64,000 bases of DNA from Polyangiaceae bacterium (GTDB lineage Bacteria > Myxococcota_A > Polyangia > Polyangiales > Polyangiaceae): positions 30,939-94,938 of the forward strand of contig JANRKO010000080.1 in the NCBI GenBank assembly GCA_033763455.1. Reading direction: 5' to 3'. Positions 1-9,388 of the stretch are shown one piece after another. A program made the position numbers and the translations under genes. The notes beneath the pieces were generated by a model. It was not told the DNA's origin, did no database searches, and saw nothing but the letters and a program-made list of their open reading frames with translations. Position 1 is the stretch's first letter; each line of letters opens with the position of its first letter.

Positions 1-232
1 CGGGATTGCAACGGAGGCCACGCGCTAGTTGGATAGATACGGTGCTTCGATATCGGTCGTGGTTCGCGCGTACTGCCATTGCCTTAAGCATGACGTTGAT
101 GGGCATTCGGACTCGAACAATCCACCCTCGCCGTGCAAATGACTCCCACCTTTGGCTGGGATACTTAACGTCGTCGGTTTCCGGTATCCTATCGGTGCGG
201 CTCTGCTCGTTGGTGCGATATCGGCGCAGCCA

Positions 233-2692
233 TCAATGCTGAACTTTCGGTTTCCGTAAAGGAACAATGTCGGCGCCGGGTTCGGTGGAAATCTTGGGGT
301 GGGCACGGAGCAGGCTGATAATGAGGCTCGTTCCCCAACCTTCTTCGCTACGCAGTGTGAGCCGGCCGTGGCTATTTTCGACAGCCGCTGCCAACGCCCC
401 GAGGCTCGCAAGCCCTGCGGGGGGATCTGCTGGCGCTGTCAACGTGCGTTTCAGCGCAGCTGTCGGCACGTCCAATCGTAGATCAAGGAGTGAGACTTCC
501 ACCCTCAGGTGTCGCTCACGGATAGTGACGACGGGTCCCGTGCCCGAGCCCTCCCGCGCTGCCGCTTCGACTAAAAATTGCTCCAATGTTGCGCTGAGTT
601 CCGGGCGATGACCGATGACTTGAGCAACGACACGGGGGGCTTGAAGGCGGATATTCCCCTGGTTACGTCGCGCCACGGTATCTACAACGTCCGTTATTAC
701 CTGCGCCATGGAAAACACGGTGAGCACGTCCCGTCGCTCCGGAAATGCTTGAACATTGTCGCCTTCCTCACTCACCTGATGGCGCTGCACTTCCACCACA
801 GACCCCACGAAGCCGGCTCCGCCTTGTTCCTCGCTCTCCATCGCCTTGACTGAAATCACGAGCGCTCGCTGGCTTCCGTCACGTCCGAGTGTTGGCAGTT
901 CCACTAGCCAGCCCTTATCGGCCACTTCACTGAGGCTTGGTGCTGGCAGGCTGAGGCGGGAGCTTACCGCGCCGAGTAGGCGCGTGAGGGGCAATGTGCG
1001 CACAGGGATCATGCCGCTAGGTCCGGCCTCCGGAAGCTCGAGCTCACAATACCTCAACAGATCGAGCACTGCGCGGCCCGCGATGCGAATGTCGCCAAAG
1101 GCGTCAGCATACATTAGCCCCACCGGTGCCGACCGCAAAACGCTGCTGAAGAGCTGAAGTTCGTCCAGTGCGGTGCGGGCCTGTGTGATCAAATTGTGAG
1201 AGTCCGCTCCAGCTTCGCCGACTAAAAGCCCGGCGGTACGCCGCCAATCATCCTGACGCCCGCGCTCAATTCGGCGTTTTCTTATTAGCTCGGCAACATC
1301 GTTACCAAGCCGCAACGACAATTCTGGCTTTTTCGCGTAGGAATCTGCGGCGTTCTTGCCGATCAAGAAGATGTAGCCTTCGAGTTCGCCCGCTGCCTCC
1401 AGGGGGATAAACAGCATCGGCACTCCCGCCATCACCACGTAGTCGTGCAGCACCTTGATGGCGCGCGCGCCAGTCTCGTCGACGTACGGAGTGCGGCGAA
1501 CGTCTCTGCGTCGTTCGCGAATAATGGACTCGTTGAGGTCGCCGTGTGGCCACACTTTCAAGCGCCAACTAAACGCAGGGAGCTCCGCAACAAGGACTGC
1601 GTCCGCCGGGTGAGATTGCGCGATTCTGTCAGCTAGGCGCTCAAAGAATTCAGCGTCTGGGAGTGCGTGTGTTCCTGGTGTGCCCAAGGTTGCGCCTGCG
1701 AGCAGCTTCTCGGCGCTGCTTCTCGCACGGCGTTGAGCGAACACGCGGGGAGCGTGAAGCGTGGCAGTGTGCACAAGCAACGCGAGGCCAAGGCTTGGAA
1801 GTGGCCACAAAACGCCAATTCCGCGGGCTCCAAAGAGCGAGGCCGAAACGAGTAGCAAGTAGATCGCGAGAGGAGGCAGGTGCCCGAGCGAACGCCACCG
1901 CCTATGCCGCCCGAGGAACAGGAGAAAAGCGCCCGTTCCAACTGCTACGAGGGCAACTTGCCAAAACACCGCCGGCTCGCGTGGCCCTTCCTCGATGGCA
2001 CCCGCCATGGAAGCTGCCACTCGGGCACTCAAGGGGCCAAGTGCGTTCACGTGATTTCCGTCGATGAGTGCGTCGTCCAGTGAAAGCAGCGCGATCCGCC
2101 GCTTCAAGACGTCCGCTTCGACCCGACCCTCGCGTAGATCGGTCAACGAGATGCGTGGCACCGATTCCCAAGGGCGCGGGGAAACCCAGCGTGTTCGGGC
2201 GAACCCTAAGGGTTTCAGGCGATGGAAATCTGCAGGGGGCGCGTAGAATCCCAATATCCTTCCGTCGCTGTCACGCAGCAGCGTTGGAGCGGGCAGCACT
2301 GCTAGGTTCGACACCACGGCGTCGCCTTGCGGTCCGCACAGTTTGTCGAGTGGAGGCAACAGTAGGCTGAAGCGCGCCCCCCCAACGTGTGCGGCTTTCA
2401 CTACCGAAGTAAAACAGTCGGAGCGGTGCGCCTCGCTTGCGTCGACGGATACCACGACAACGCTCGTTGGCGGTTCGCGCTTGGCCGTCAGCTCCAAAAG
2501 GGTGCGGTGTAGCCAGTGGTCAACGAACCCGAGCGGAGAACTGACCGCGACGAGTACGAGCAAGGTTGCTGCTAGAGCATCGAGTGAGACGTAGTCCCAG
2601 AACGGGTGCTGTCGTCGAACCGCGGACGCCATAGGGCGCGGCAGCAAGAACTTGCGCGGCACCTTTCCCGGCTTCGAACGGAACCATTTCAT
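233..2692 (-). CDS. CHASE2-like membrane sensor with GAF/PAS-like regions and a degenerate HATPase_c domain (pseudo-histidine kinase)
   Basis: N-terminal TM then 'PPTSVVVVSVD' (CHASE2-like start) and three further TM helices. PAS-like 'APVGLMYADAFGDIRIA'. C-terminal 'VENSHGRLTLRSEEGWGTSLIISL' resembles HATPase_c, but the N and G1 boxes are degenerate. Confidence 0.7.
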   Translation of the reverse strand: MKWFRSKPGKVPRKFLLPRPMASAVRRQHPFWDYVSLDALAATLLVLVAVSSPLGFVDHWLHRTLLELTAKREPPTSVVVVSVDASEAHRSDCFTSVVKAAHVGGARFSLLLPPLDKLCGPQGDAVVSNLAVLPAPTLLRDSDGRILGFYAPPADFHRLKPLGFARTRWVSPRPWESVPRISLTDLREGRVEADVLKRRIALLSLDDALIDGNHVNALGPLSARVAASMAGAIEEGPREPAVFWQVALVAVGTGAFLLFLGRHRRWRSLGHLPPLAIYLLLVSASLFGARGIGVLWPLPSLGLALLVHTATLHAPRVFAQRRARSSAEKLLAGATLGTPGTHALPDAEFFERLADRIAQSHPADAVLVAELPAFSWRLKVWPHGDLNESIIRERRRDVRRTPYVDETGARAIKVLHDYVVMAGVPMLFIPLEAAGELEGYIFLIGKNAADSYAKKPELSLRLGNDVAELIRKRRIERGRQDDWRRTAGLLVGEAGADSHNLITQARTALDELQLFSSVLRSAPVGLMYADAFGDIRIAGRAVLDLLRYCELELPEAGPSGMIPVRTLPLTRLLGAVSSRLSLPAPSLSEVADKGWLVELPTLGRDGSQRALVISVKAMESEEQGGAGFVGSVVEVQRHQVSEEGDNVQAFPERRDVLTVFSMAQVITDVVDTVARRNQGNIRLQAPRVVAQVIGHRPELSATLEQFLVEAAAREGSGTGPVVTIRERHLRVEVSLLDLRLDVPTAALKRTLTAPADPPAGLASLGALAAAVENSHGRLTLRSEEGWGTSLIISLLRAHPKISTEPGADIVPLRKPKVQH

Positions 2693-2776
2693 AGGGGGCT
2701 ACCAGGACTCCTACGGCCGGGTTCGGCTATTTTTTGGGGGTCTTCTGCCGATTGAGCTCCGCATGGCCGGTTTGTC

Positions 2777-2861
2777 GCTTCGCTAAGTGACGGGCAAAGC
2801 AGGGACGGCGCCGCCTGGGGGGCGAAACCGCACTTATCTCAGTGCGCGGATCTGCCGAAGT
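2777..2861 (+). ncRNA. Possible degenerate c-di-GMP-I (GEMM-I)-like riboswitch in the pgsC leader
   Basis: GGGCAAA (2792), CAGG/CCTG stem, GGGGGCGAAACC, GCAC/GTGC stem, TGCCGAA, directly before RBS GGAGG (2862). No GNRA tetraloop or receptor. Confidence 0.3.
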
Positions 2862-2874
2862 GGAGGACACGCTT

Positions 2875-5800
2875 GTGTTGGAATTTCTCGGGATAGGCAC
2901 CTCCCACGCCTGGAACGTATTTCCGGACAACGGTTTGGACCGGAGCTTGCACGCGCCGATCTTGATCGGGCTTTTGTTCCTCACGTTTTTCCGAGAAACG
3001 TTCGGCTGGAGCTACGCGGGATTGGTCGTGCCCGGCTACCTCGCCGTGGTGGCGCTTTCGGCACCTGTTACCGGTGCTCTCATCGTTGGAGAAGCGATCT
3101 TGGCTTACTGGTTGGCGTACGCCGTTGGGCGTCTCCTACCGCGGTTGGGGCTGTGGTCGCCACTATTTGGCAGAGAGCGATTCCTGCTGATCATACTGGC
3201 CTCTTTGGTGGTGCGGCTTGCGCTGGAAGGATACTGGATCAGTTGGTTGGTAAATCGCTACGGACTCACCCATTCTCGCGAGCTCCATAGCATTGGGCTG
3301 GTGCTCGTGGCCCTTTTGGCCAACGCGTTCTGGAATTCAGGGTTCGTTGCAGTCTTACCGCGACTCGGCTTGGTCGTAGGGGCTACGTACTTGGTTGTTG
3401 GCCAGGTATTGCTTGCCCATACAAACTTCACGCTAGCGCGCTTTCAAGTAGCCAATGAGAGCGTGTCCCTCGCTTTTCTGGAGACGCCCCACGCCCACAT
3501 TATTTTGGCGCTCGGTGCCATCATGGCAGCGCGGGATAACGTCCGCTACGGGTGGGATTATAACGGAATTCTAGTGCCCGCCCTCCTGGCGGTAGCCTGG
3601 TATTCGCCCACCAAGCTCCTAACAACCGTCTTGGAGGCGCTGCTGGTGTTGTGGCTCTCCAAGCTCGTCACGCAATATGGGCCGCTTGCGCGCGTGCTGA
3701 TGGTTGGCTCGCGGCGTATGTTGGTTGCCTATTCCGTTGGGTTCTTTACCAAATGGGTGGTTGGTTTTGCGATGATGCGGCTTCTGCCGGGCGTGCAACT
3801 ATTGGATTTTTTCGGGTTCGGATACCTATTGCCGTCGCTCTTGGCGATCAAAATGTGGAACACGGGGCGCATTCCCACCGTTATTATGCCGACGCTTCAG
3901 GTTTCGCTGGGTGCCTTCATCGCGGGAAACGCCCTGGCTTATAGCCTTCGTTTGGCTGAAAACGCGTTGGCTTCTGCGCAGCCCGGATCGACGATTGAAA
4001 CATCACGCTCCGTTGCCTGGGATCTTCTACGCGCGGACAGTGCACCGGAGCCGCGCCCACAGGCCCTGCGAGTGTTTGAGAGATCACCCGCTCAACAGGT
4101 GCTGCAAGTTATCGAGGCGATTCCTGGGGCGAGCGCAGATCTTGGAGGCATCGAATGGGAGCCGAGCATTCGAGTCGCTAAAACCCCAGATAAATGGTGG
4201 GTTTTGGGCCCGCGCTCGCTCGACCCGGACAACGATTGGGTATGCCCTCGTGTCGCGCTATCGTTCGATAGCAAGCAGAACTGGCTCGTAGTGGCCGAAA
4301 CTTCCGAGGCCGCTTCTGCTAACATCGTTGTGGCATCTGAGCTTGCGAAGAGGATCTCTGCCAGAGCTGTAGTGGTGCGTTCCACACAGCCGGCGTTGGC
4401 ACCCTTTGACGATGCCTTCATTGACGAGCTAAACCAACGTCTCAATATCGAGTTGGTGATCATTGTGCGCCAGAGTGCGGGGCCCGCTCGGCTGGAGCTT
4501 TCCGGCAAGTTGCCTGAGGGGCTCGATGCGGCGTGGATGCGGCGGACTGTGGGCGGGCAGTTGGCGCTTACCTGGCGTGCGCCGAGCGTGGGGAAAAGTC
4601 CCACGGACAACGCCCCGATCCTGTTGATTGACCGAGCAACCGCCGAGACAACTGCGGCGGCTTTGCTTTCCGCGCCGGAACCGGAACTTTGGGGCCCGAG
4701 CTTGCGCGAGGTGTTGGACGTGAAAATGCCAGCACTCACCTCCGTACTTCCCGGCCACCACAGGAATCCAACCATCGAAGAGCTTCGCATTTTCTCCAAA
4801 GGTGTTGGTCGAACCTTCCTCCGCTTCGCTAGAGGTGAGGCAGCCCCGACGGCCTATAGTCGAGCGATAGCTGCAGAGCTCGGGCTTAGAACGGCCAAGG
4901 TCAGCGATCCGACTGGAGACATGTGGGCGTTGTTCTCCCCACCGGGCGAAGAACGAGAGGGGCATGCTACGTGGATAGTTCGAGGTCCAGGGAAGGTTGA
5001 AGATCGAGGCCGGCGGCCGGTATTGCTCGAAGTTCCGAGTCCGCTGTGGGAACGGGGAACGCTTAGCGCCGCGCTGTCGTTCTCTCGCGCGCTTGGTTCA
5101 CAATCGATGCTCCTATCCGGTTCCTTTCCCACGGCCACCCCAGATGGCAGTGCGGACGTGCGTAGTGTTTTCGGCAAGCGTTCTTACTTTCAACATATTC
5201 ACGAGCTTTGGATACAACAGCAGGGCTTGGTTCTGAGCGTTCAAGGCATTGCACCTTCTCGTATCGCGAATGCTGACGTGATCGTGACGTTGCCGCAGGA
5301 CTTGAGCGACTTCGGTCGCGCACCCAGCTGGGCACATCCGCTACTGCAACTTCTAAAAGGCAGTGGGCTGGAGGTAGCGCCGGTCGATGGCTCCCTTGAA
5401 AGAGCGCCATTCGAAGCCACGGCTCAACCGACGATGGCCTACGCCCGGCGCTTCGGCGATCAACAAATGCTGATTGCCTGGCTCACCGCCGAGACGCGAC
5501 TACGCTTTGTCGCTGCGGACGAACAAGACGCCTTGACGCAGGCTAGGTTGCTGCGAATGGGCAAGCCCGTGGCCGCTCTCTCTGTGGCGGAGCGGGCCCG
5601 GTTCCTGGCTGTGTGTAAGGCCGGCGTTAGCGGCTGCCCGAGCCTTGGCTCCGAATGTTCTCTCGACACTCAAGCCCTCGCGATTGGAAGTTATGTGCGT
5701 GAACGCAATCCGTACTGGTTACGGAGTGTGCTTTCAGCAGAGCGAGGCTGCTTTGCCGAAGTTGCGCAGGATGCTGCGGGGGGAACGCTCTTTGCGCTTT

Positions 5801-5943
5801 TGGCTAACGCCAAAGAGGTTCGTTTGGTTCCACTGCGTACTGGGAGTCTGATGACGCTCGGGCGCCCCCTGCGGGACCCACCCAATCTTGAGCAGGCGGT
5901 TGCGCTAGGGCTCTCGGCCATCGCCATTGGGGCTGTGCGATGA
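2875..5943 (+). CDS. pgsC: Giant PgsC/CapC-family PGA biosynthesis membrane protein: two PgsC repeats plus an extracytoplasmic degenerate hydrolase-like region
   Basis: Repeat 1: AGLVVPGYLA, LFGRERF, IGLVLVALLANAF (PgsC signatures). Repeat 2: NGILVPALLA, GFGYLLPSLLA. Start moved to GTG 2875 behind GGAGG; the ORF track begins at 2842. Confidence 0.88.
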   Translation: MLEFLGIGTSHAWNVFPDNGLDRSLHAPILIGLLFLTFFRETFGWSYAGLVVPGYLAVVALSAPVTGALIVGEAILAYWLAYAVGRLLPRLGLWSPLFGRERFLLIILASLVVRLALEGYWISWLVNRYGLTHSRELHSIGLVLVALLANAFWNSGFVAVLPRLGLVVGATYLVVGQVLLAHTNFTLARFQVANESVSLAFLETPHAHIILALGAIMAARDNVRYGWDYNGILVPALLAVAWYSPTKLLTTVLEALLVLWLSKLVTQYGPLARVLMVGSRRMLVAYSVGFFTKWVVGFAMMRLLPGVQLLDFFGFGYLLPSLLAIKMWNTGRIPTVIMPTLQVSLGAFIAGNALAYSLRLAENALASAQPGSTIETSRSVAWDLLRADSAPEPRPQALRVFERSPAQQVLQVIEAIPGASADLGGIEWEPSIRVAKTPDKWWVLGPRSLDPDNDWVCPRVALSFDSKQNWLVVAETSEAASANIVVASELAKRISARAVVVRSTQPALAPFDDAFIDELNQRLNIELVIIVRQSAGPARLELSGKLPEGLDAAWMRRTVGGQLALTWRAPSVGKSPTDNAPILLIDRATAETTAAALLSAPEPELWGPSLREVLDVKMPALTSVLPGHHRNPTIEELRIFSKGVGRTFLRFARGEAAPTAYSRAIAAELGLRTAKVSDPTGDMWALFSPPGEEREGHATWIVRGPGKVEDRGRRPVLLEVPSPLWERGTLSAALSFSRALGSQSMLLSGSFPTATPDGSADVRSVFGKRSYFQHIHELWIQQQGLVLSVQGIAPSRIANADVIVTLPQDLSDFGRAPSWAHPLLQLLKGSGLEVAPVDGSLERAPFEATAQPTMAYARRFGDQQMLIAWLTAETRLRFVAADEQDALTQARLLRMGKPVAALSVAERARFLAVCKAGVSGCPSLGSECSLDTQALAIGSYVRERNPYWLRSVLSAERGCFAEVAQDAAGGTLFALLANAKEVRLVPLRTGSLMTLGRPLRDPPNLEQAVALGLSAIAIGAVR

Positions 5944-8369
5944 TTCGCTGGGTTGGTGTGACATTGGTCGTCTTGTTAACTGCGCTGGTGCTGTACAAAG
6001 TGCGAGAGCACGAGGGGGATACCGAGCTCGTAGATGAGATCCTCGCTTACGAATTGGTTCCAGGTCGCGCCTTGGAGGTTCCCCTCTATTCCGACATGAC
6101 CGAAGTCAACTTTACCAGTTGGATGCTCTTGCCGGATTCTTATAGCCGCGATCCCTCGCAAAGATTCGAGTATGGCGTGCAGCTCTCCCTGATCGATGCC
6201 GCAGGGCATATGCTGAGCCAGCAGGTGATTCGTTTGGTGAGTCGGGTCAGCGGAGATCCAGCTGAACCAGCTGAGCTTGGTAGATTCTCCGCTCGGCTCG
6301 TGGATGGTTCCGAACGGGTCACCGACTCACGCACCAAGGTCGTGGATACGAGTGCACTGAACGGGCGTGGGCGTCTCCGCCTCACCACTGTGCCAGGTGA
6401 ACCGGATACAGTGCTGGTGCGCTTGGCTTACCCCGAGGAAAGAAGCGAGCTCATGCAGCGGATCGCCGCCCGAACGTTAGCCCTCGGCAAGCGTCGCCGG
6501 CTGGTTGAGCAGAGCTTCAGTCTTGGCTTTTCCGATCTGCCAGAAGAAGCACGTTTGCGCGCAGTCACGGCCTGGGGCAGACGCCTTACTGCGGCTGGGC
6601 GCGCGGATACTGATTACGTGACGAGGCGGCTCCTGCTGGGATCGCTTCGCTCCGATACTGCGCCATACCAAGCAGAGCAGGTGGGTGTTCCGCTGGGCCC
6701 ACTCCACAACGCCACATTTAATCTCAAGCATAGTGTCACGTTGCGTATTGAGGCGGAGCCCGGTCGTCAATTTTCCGTACGCGAGGGGGACGCGAAGCCA
6801 AGAGAGGTGTTAGTTGGCGACAGTGGGCGAGTCGAACTGAAGGCTTCTGGTGAGGTTCCGCGTACACTCAATATCGAATCCAAGAGCAACTTGAACGCGC
6901 AGTTCAGCCTACCCGCTAGCGATTCATCGGCCCTCATTGGCGATCTTGAGCCGATGTTGAAAGGTGGCCGTCTCTGGCTATCTCCGGACGTGCGGAACGC
7001 TCGCTTCTATCGGCTGGATCCTGCTGAACCTGTCCAATTCTCGATTGCGCCTCTGCAAGCCGTTCTGAGGTTGGTGGTGCGTGGGCTCGTTTTTGACTCC
7101 ACGGCGCCTAAGCCTGTGTGGGTAAGAGTATTGTGGGATGGCCAGGCTCCAGACCAAGTTCCCGAGCTACAAGCCGAGCTCCCAGTCAGTCCCACTGATG
7201 ACGCAGATGGAAGTCACGTGACGGCTGAGAAGAAGGTGTTGCTGCGCCTTCCGGCCCATGTGCGAAAGGTACGCGTCGTAGGCGACGGCAGTACCGTTGT
7301 GGCGGCTTTCAGCGAAGAACCGGGAGTTGCCGAGAGTCGCATTCACCCGGCGTATGATGTGCCTCTGGCGGCCAACCAGGTGTGGCGCGCTGCCCCCTAC
7401 GATATCCGGCGCTTCGCCGGCCTGCGCCCTTCCAACGAAGAAGCACTTGTTGGGGCGGCTAGAGTTGCGCGCGTAGGGTCTCAGGTTCGCATCGAATCCT
7501 TGGCGGAAGGTGTAGGCGAGCGCATTGCAGAACGCGTCCTCATTCCTCTAGCGGCACCGATGGTGCGTTCCCTTTACACACCCACTTGGGCGGCACGCGG
7601 GCGACCTTCAATGGAGGCGATCTGGAGCGTGCAGCAGGGAGAACCAACAAGCGAGCAAGTCTACTGGGTTCCTCAGTCGGGGGAGAGAGCCGCTCGGATG
7701 CCGTTGATCTACAGGGCGGATCCACGAAGCCTTGGCGGAACACTTCGGGTCACGAGTGCTCAGAAGTCGATCGCTGAGCGCCCGCTCCTTGCTCTCGATG
7801 GTGAGCTCACGTTACGGGGCCTGCCGGCGAGCCTTCCGCTCGGTGTCTCGGGCTTGGGTGCGGGCGGCATACTTCTAATCGGTGCCGCCCCGGACGCAGG
7901 TGGCAAAGTTATAGTGCGAAGCCAGAAGGTCTTCGAGCTGACCTCCCAGCGGCCCTTGCTTTTCTCCTTTCAGGTGAAGGAAGGGGAGCTGCTGTCGGCC
8001 TGGCTCAACCTAACCTCTTTGAACAAGCGCCAAAGCTACCGAGTAAAGTACGCGATCGACCGGGGCAAGCCTCGACCCGCGCCGCAGCGCTTCTTTCGCA
8101 GGATGAGCCAATGGGAGGGTGAGCTTTTGGGTTCGACGGGAAGCAAGCTCGGCCTGATCTGGGAGGCTCCGCGAGAAGGCGAAGTTAACGCGCTGTTCTT
8201 GGATCACATCGGGCTGGCGCGCATTGAGTTGGGTGATGACTTGGCGCCCGGTGTGCATACTTTGGAGCTTCGGCTAATCGGACCGGAGCCCTTGTGGGTA
8301 CGGGCCGTGCTTGCGGGGCGAGTGGCCGCCCCATCAGAAGATTTGCCTGCGCTTGCTGAGGAGGAATGA
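5940..8369 (+). CDS. Exported or membrane-anchored beta-rich protein of the PGA operon, function unknown
   Basis: 809-aa ORF with an N-terminal hydrophobic helix; ATGA overlaps with both neighbours. Confidence 0.8.
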   Translation: MIRWVGVTLVVLLTALVLYKVREHEGDTELVDEILAYELVPGRALEVPLYSDMTEVNFTSWMLLPDSYSRDPSQRFEYGVQLSLIDAAGHMLSQQVIRLVSRVSGDPAEPAELGRFSARLVDGSERVTDSRTKVVDTSALNGRGRLRLTTVPGEPDTVLVRLAYPEERSELMQRIAARTLALGKRRRLVEQSFSLGFSDLPEEARLRAVTAWGRRLTAAGRADTDYVTRRLLLGSLRSDTAPYQAEQVGVPLGPLHNATFNLKHSVTLRIEAEPGRQFSVREGDAKPREVLVGDSGRVELKASGEVPRTLNIESKSNLNAQFSLPASDSSALIGDLEPMLKGGRLWLSPDVRNARFYRLDPAEPVQFSIAPLQAVLRLVVRGLVFDSTAPKPVWVRVLWDGQAPDQVPELQAELPVSPTDDADGSHVTAEKKVLLRLPAHVRKVRVVGDGSTVVAAFSEEPGVAESRIHPAYDVPLAANQVWRAAPYDIRRFAGLRPSNEEALVGAARVARVGSQVRIESLAEGVGERIAERVLIPLAAPMVRSLYTPTWAARGRPSMEAIWSVQQGEPTSEQVYWVPQSGERAARMPLIYRADPRSLGGTLRVTSAQKSIAERPLLALDGELTLRGLPASLPLGVSGLGAGGILLIGAAPDAGGKVIVRSQKVFELTSQRPLLFSFQVKEGELLSAWLNLTSLNKRQSYRVKYAIDRGKPRPAPQRFFRRMSQWEGELLGSTGSKLGLIWEAPREGEVNALFLDHIGLARIELGDDLAPGVHTLELRLIGPEPLWVRAVLAGRVAAPSEDLPALAEEE

Positions 8370-9388
8370 TGAATGCTTGGAAGCTTACTGCTGTGTCCTT
8401 AGCCGTCGTTCTCACCGGCTGTCGCGGTTGCGAGCCGGACAAACGTGACGAATCCACCGAGATGACTCCGCCGCCCCCAGCTTCGTCAGCTCCGCCTGTG
8501 CCGTCTGCCACTTTAGGCGAGGAAAAGCCGCAAGCCGGCCCCCTTCCGCTACTGGAGCATTTGCGCTTCAGCCGCCGCAGCGAAGGCGTGCAGTTCGTGA
8601 ATCCAACGCCTGAGGAAGGTCGAGCCTTTGTCGGTTGGGTAACGGCGGTGAGCCGAGCTGCTTGGTCGGATCGACTACCCGGCGCGGCCCCACCGGATGG
8701 CTTCGAAGGTGTGTTGACCCAGCTTGGAACGCTCTGGCTGCTGCGGGAGAAATCAGACCAGCGGCGTGGTGCGGGCGCGTACGTACTTCGGGCAAGCGCG
8801 GGGCGTCCGCTCATCCTGCAGGCGCCCCACACCTTCTTCGATGCAGGCACTCTGCCCATTGCTACGCGACTCTTCGAACGGCTGCAAGCCAAAGCCCTGT
8901 TGATCAACACCGTGCATCGATCGGGTGGCCAAGAAGGCGAAGGCGAGGAGGAAAAAGAGAAAGCCCGGAGCGGTAAGTCAGAAGCTGATGTCGCTCACAA
9001 CCGTGAGAGCTTCTATTCGTTGGTTCATGAATCGTTGCTCACGGTAGATCCCACGCTGTTGGTTATTCAAATTCATGGTTTTCGAGATGCCAAAGTGCCC
9101 GGTGTCGATCTTGTGGTGAGCGCAGCAGACACGCAGGCTGATATCAGACCGATGGGGAGAATCATGAAAGGCCTGCTGGGTGCGAACCGAGTTCGACTCT
9201 ATCCCGAAGAAATTAAGCTTCTCGGTGGAACCACGAACGCTCAGGCGTTTATCAGCCGCAAAAAGCGAACCGCCTTCATTCACCTTGAGCTGTCCGCAAA
9301 GCTCCGAAAAGCGCTCGAAAAGGACGACATTTTCTTCGCAAAATTCCTCCGAGCATTTTCTCAGGCAATCCCGGAGGGCCGTCGTTGA
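8366..9388 (+). CDS. Lipoprotein, Zn-carboxypeptidase-fold PGA-hydrolase-like (PghP/DUF867 or N-formylglutamate amidohydrolase clan)
   Basis: Lipobox LTG-C and a Pro-rich linker. Motifs APHTFFDAGT, QIHGF, GGTTN and HLELS parallel the PghP-type H/E/H ligands and QLEI motif. Confidence 0.7.
   Translation: MMNAWKLTAVSLAVVLTGCRGCEPDKRDESTEMTPPPPASSAPPVPSATLGEEKPQAGPLPLLEHLRFSRRSEGVQFVNPTPEEGRAFVGWVTAVSRAAWSDRLPGAAPPDGFEGVLTQLGTLWLLREKSDQRRGAGAYVLRASAGRPLILQAPHTFFDAGTLPIATRLFERLQAKALLINTVHRSGGQEGEGEEEKEKARSGKSEADVAHNRESFYSLVHESLLTVDPTLLVIQIHGFRDAKVPGVDLVVSAADTQADIRPMGRIMKGLLGANRVRLYPEEIKLLGGTTNAQAFISRKKRTAFIHLELSAKLRKALEKDDIFFAKFLRAFSQAIPEGRR

Noticed and set aside
1..232. Short ORFs at the window start, including a minus-strand frame open to the edge from about 106
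   Set aside because: No recognisable motif or RBS, and too little context to call.
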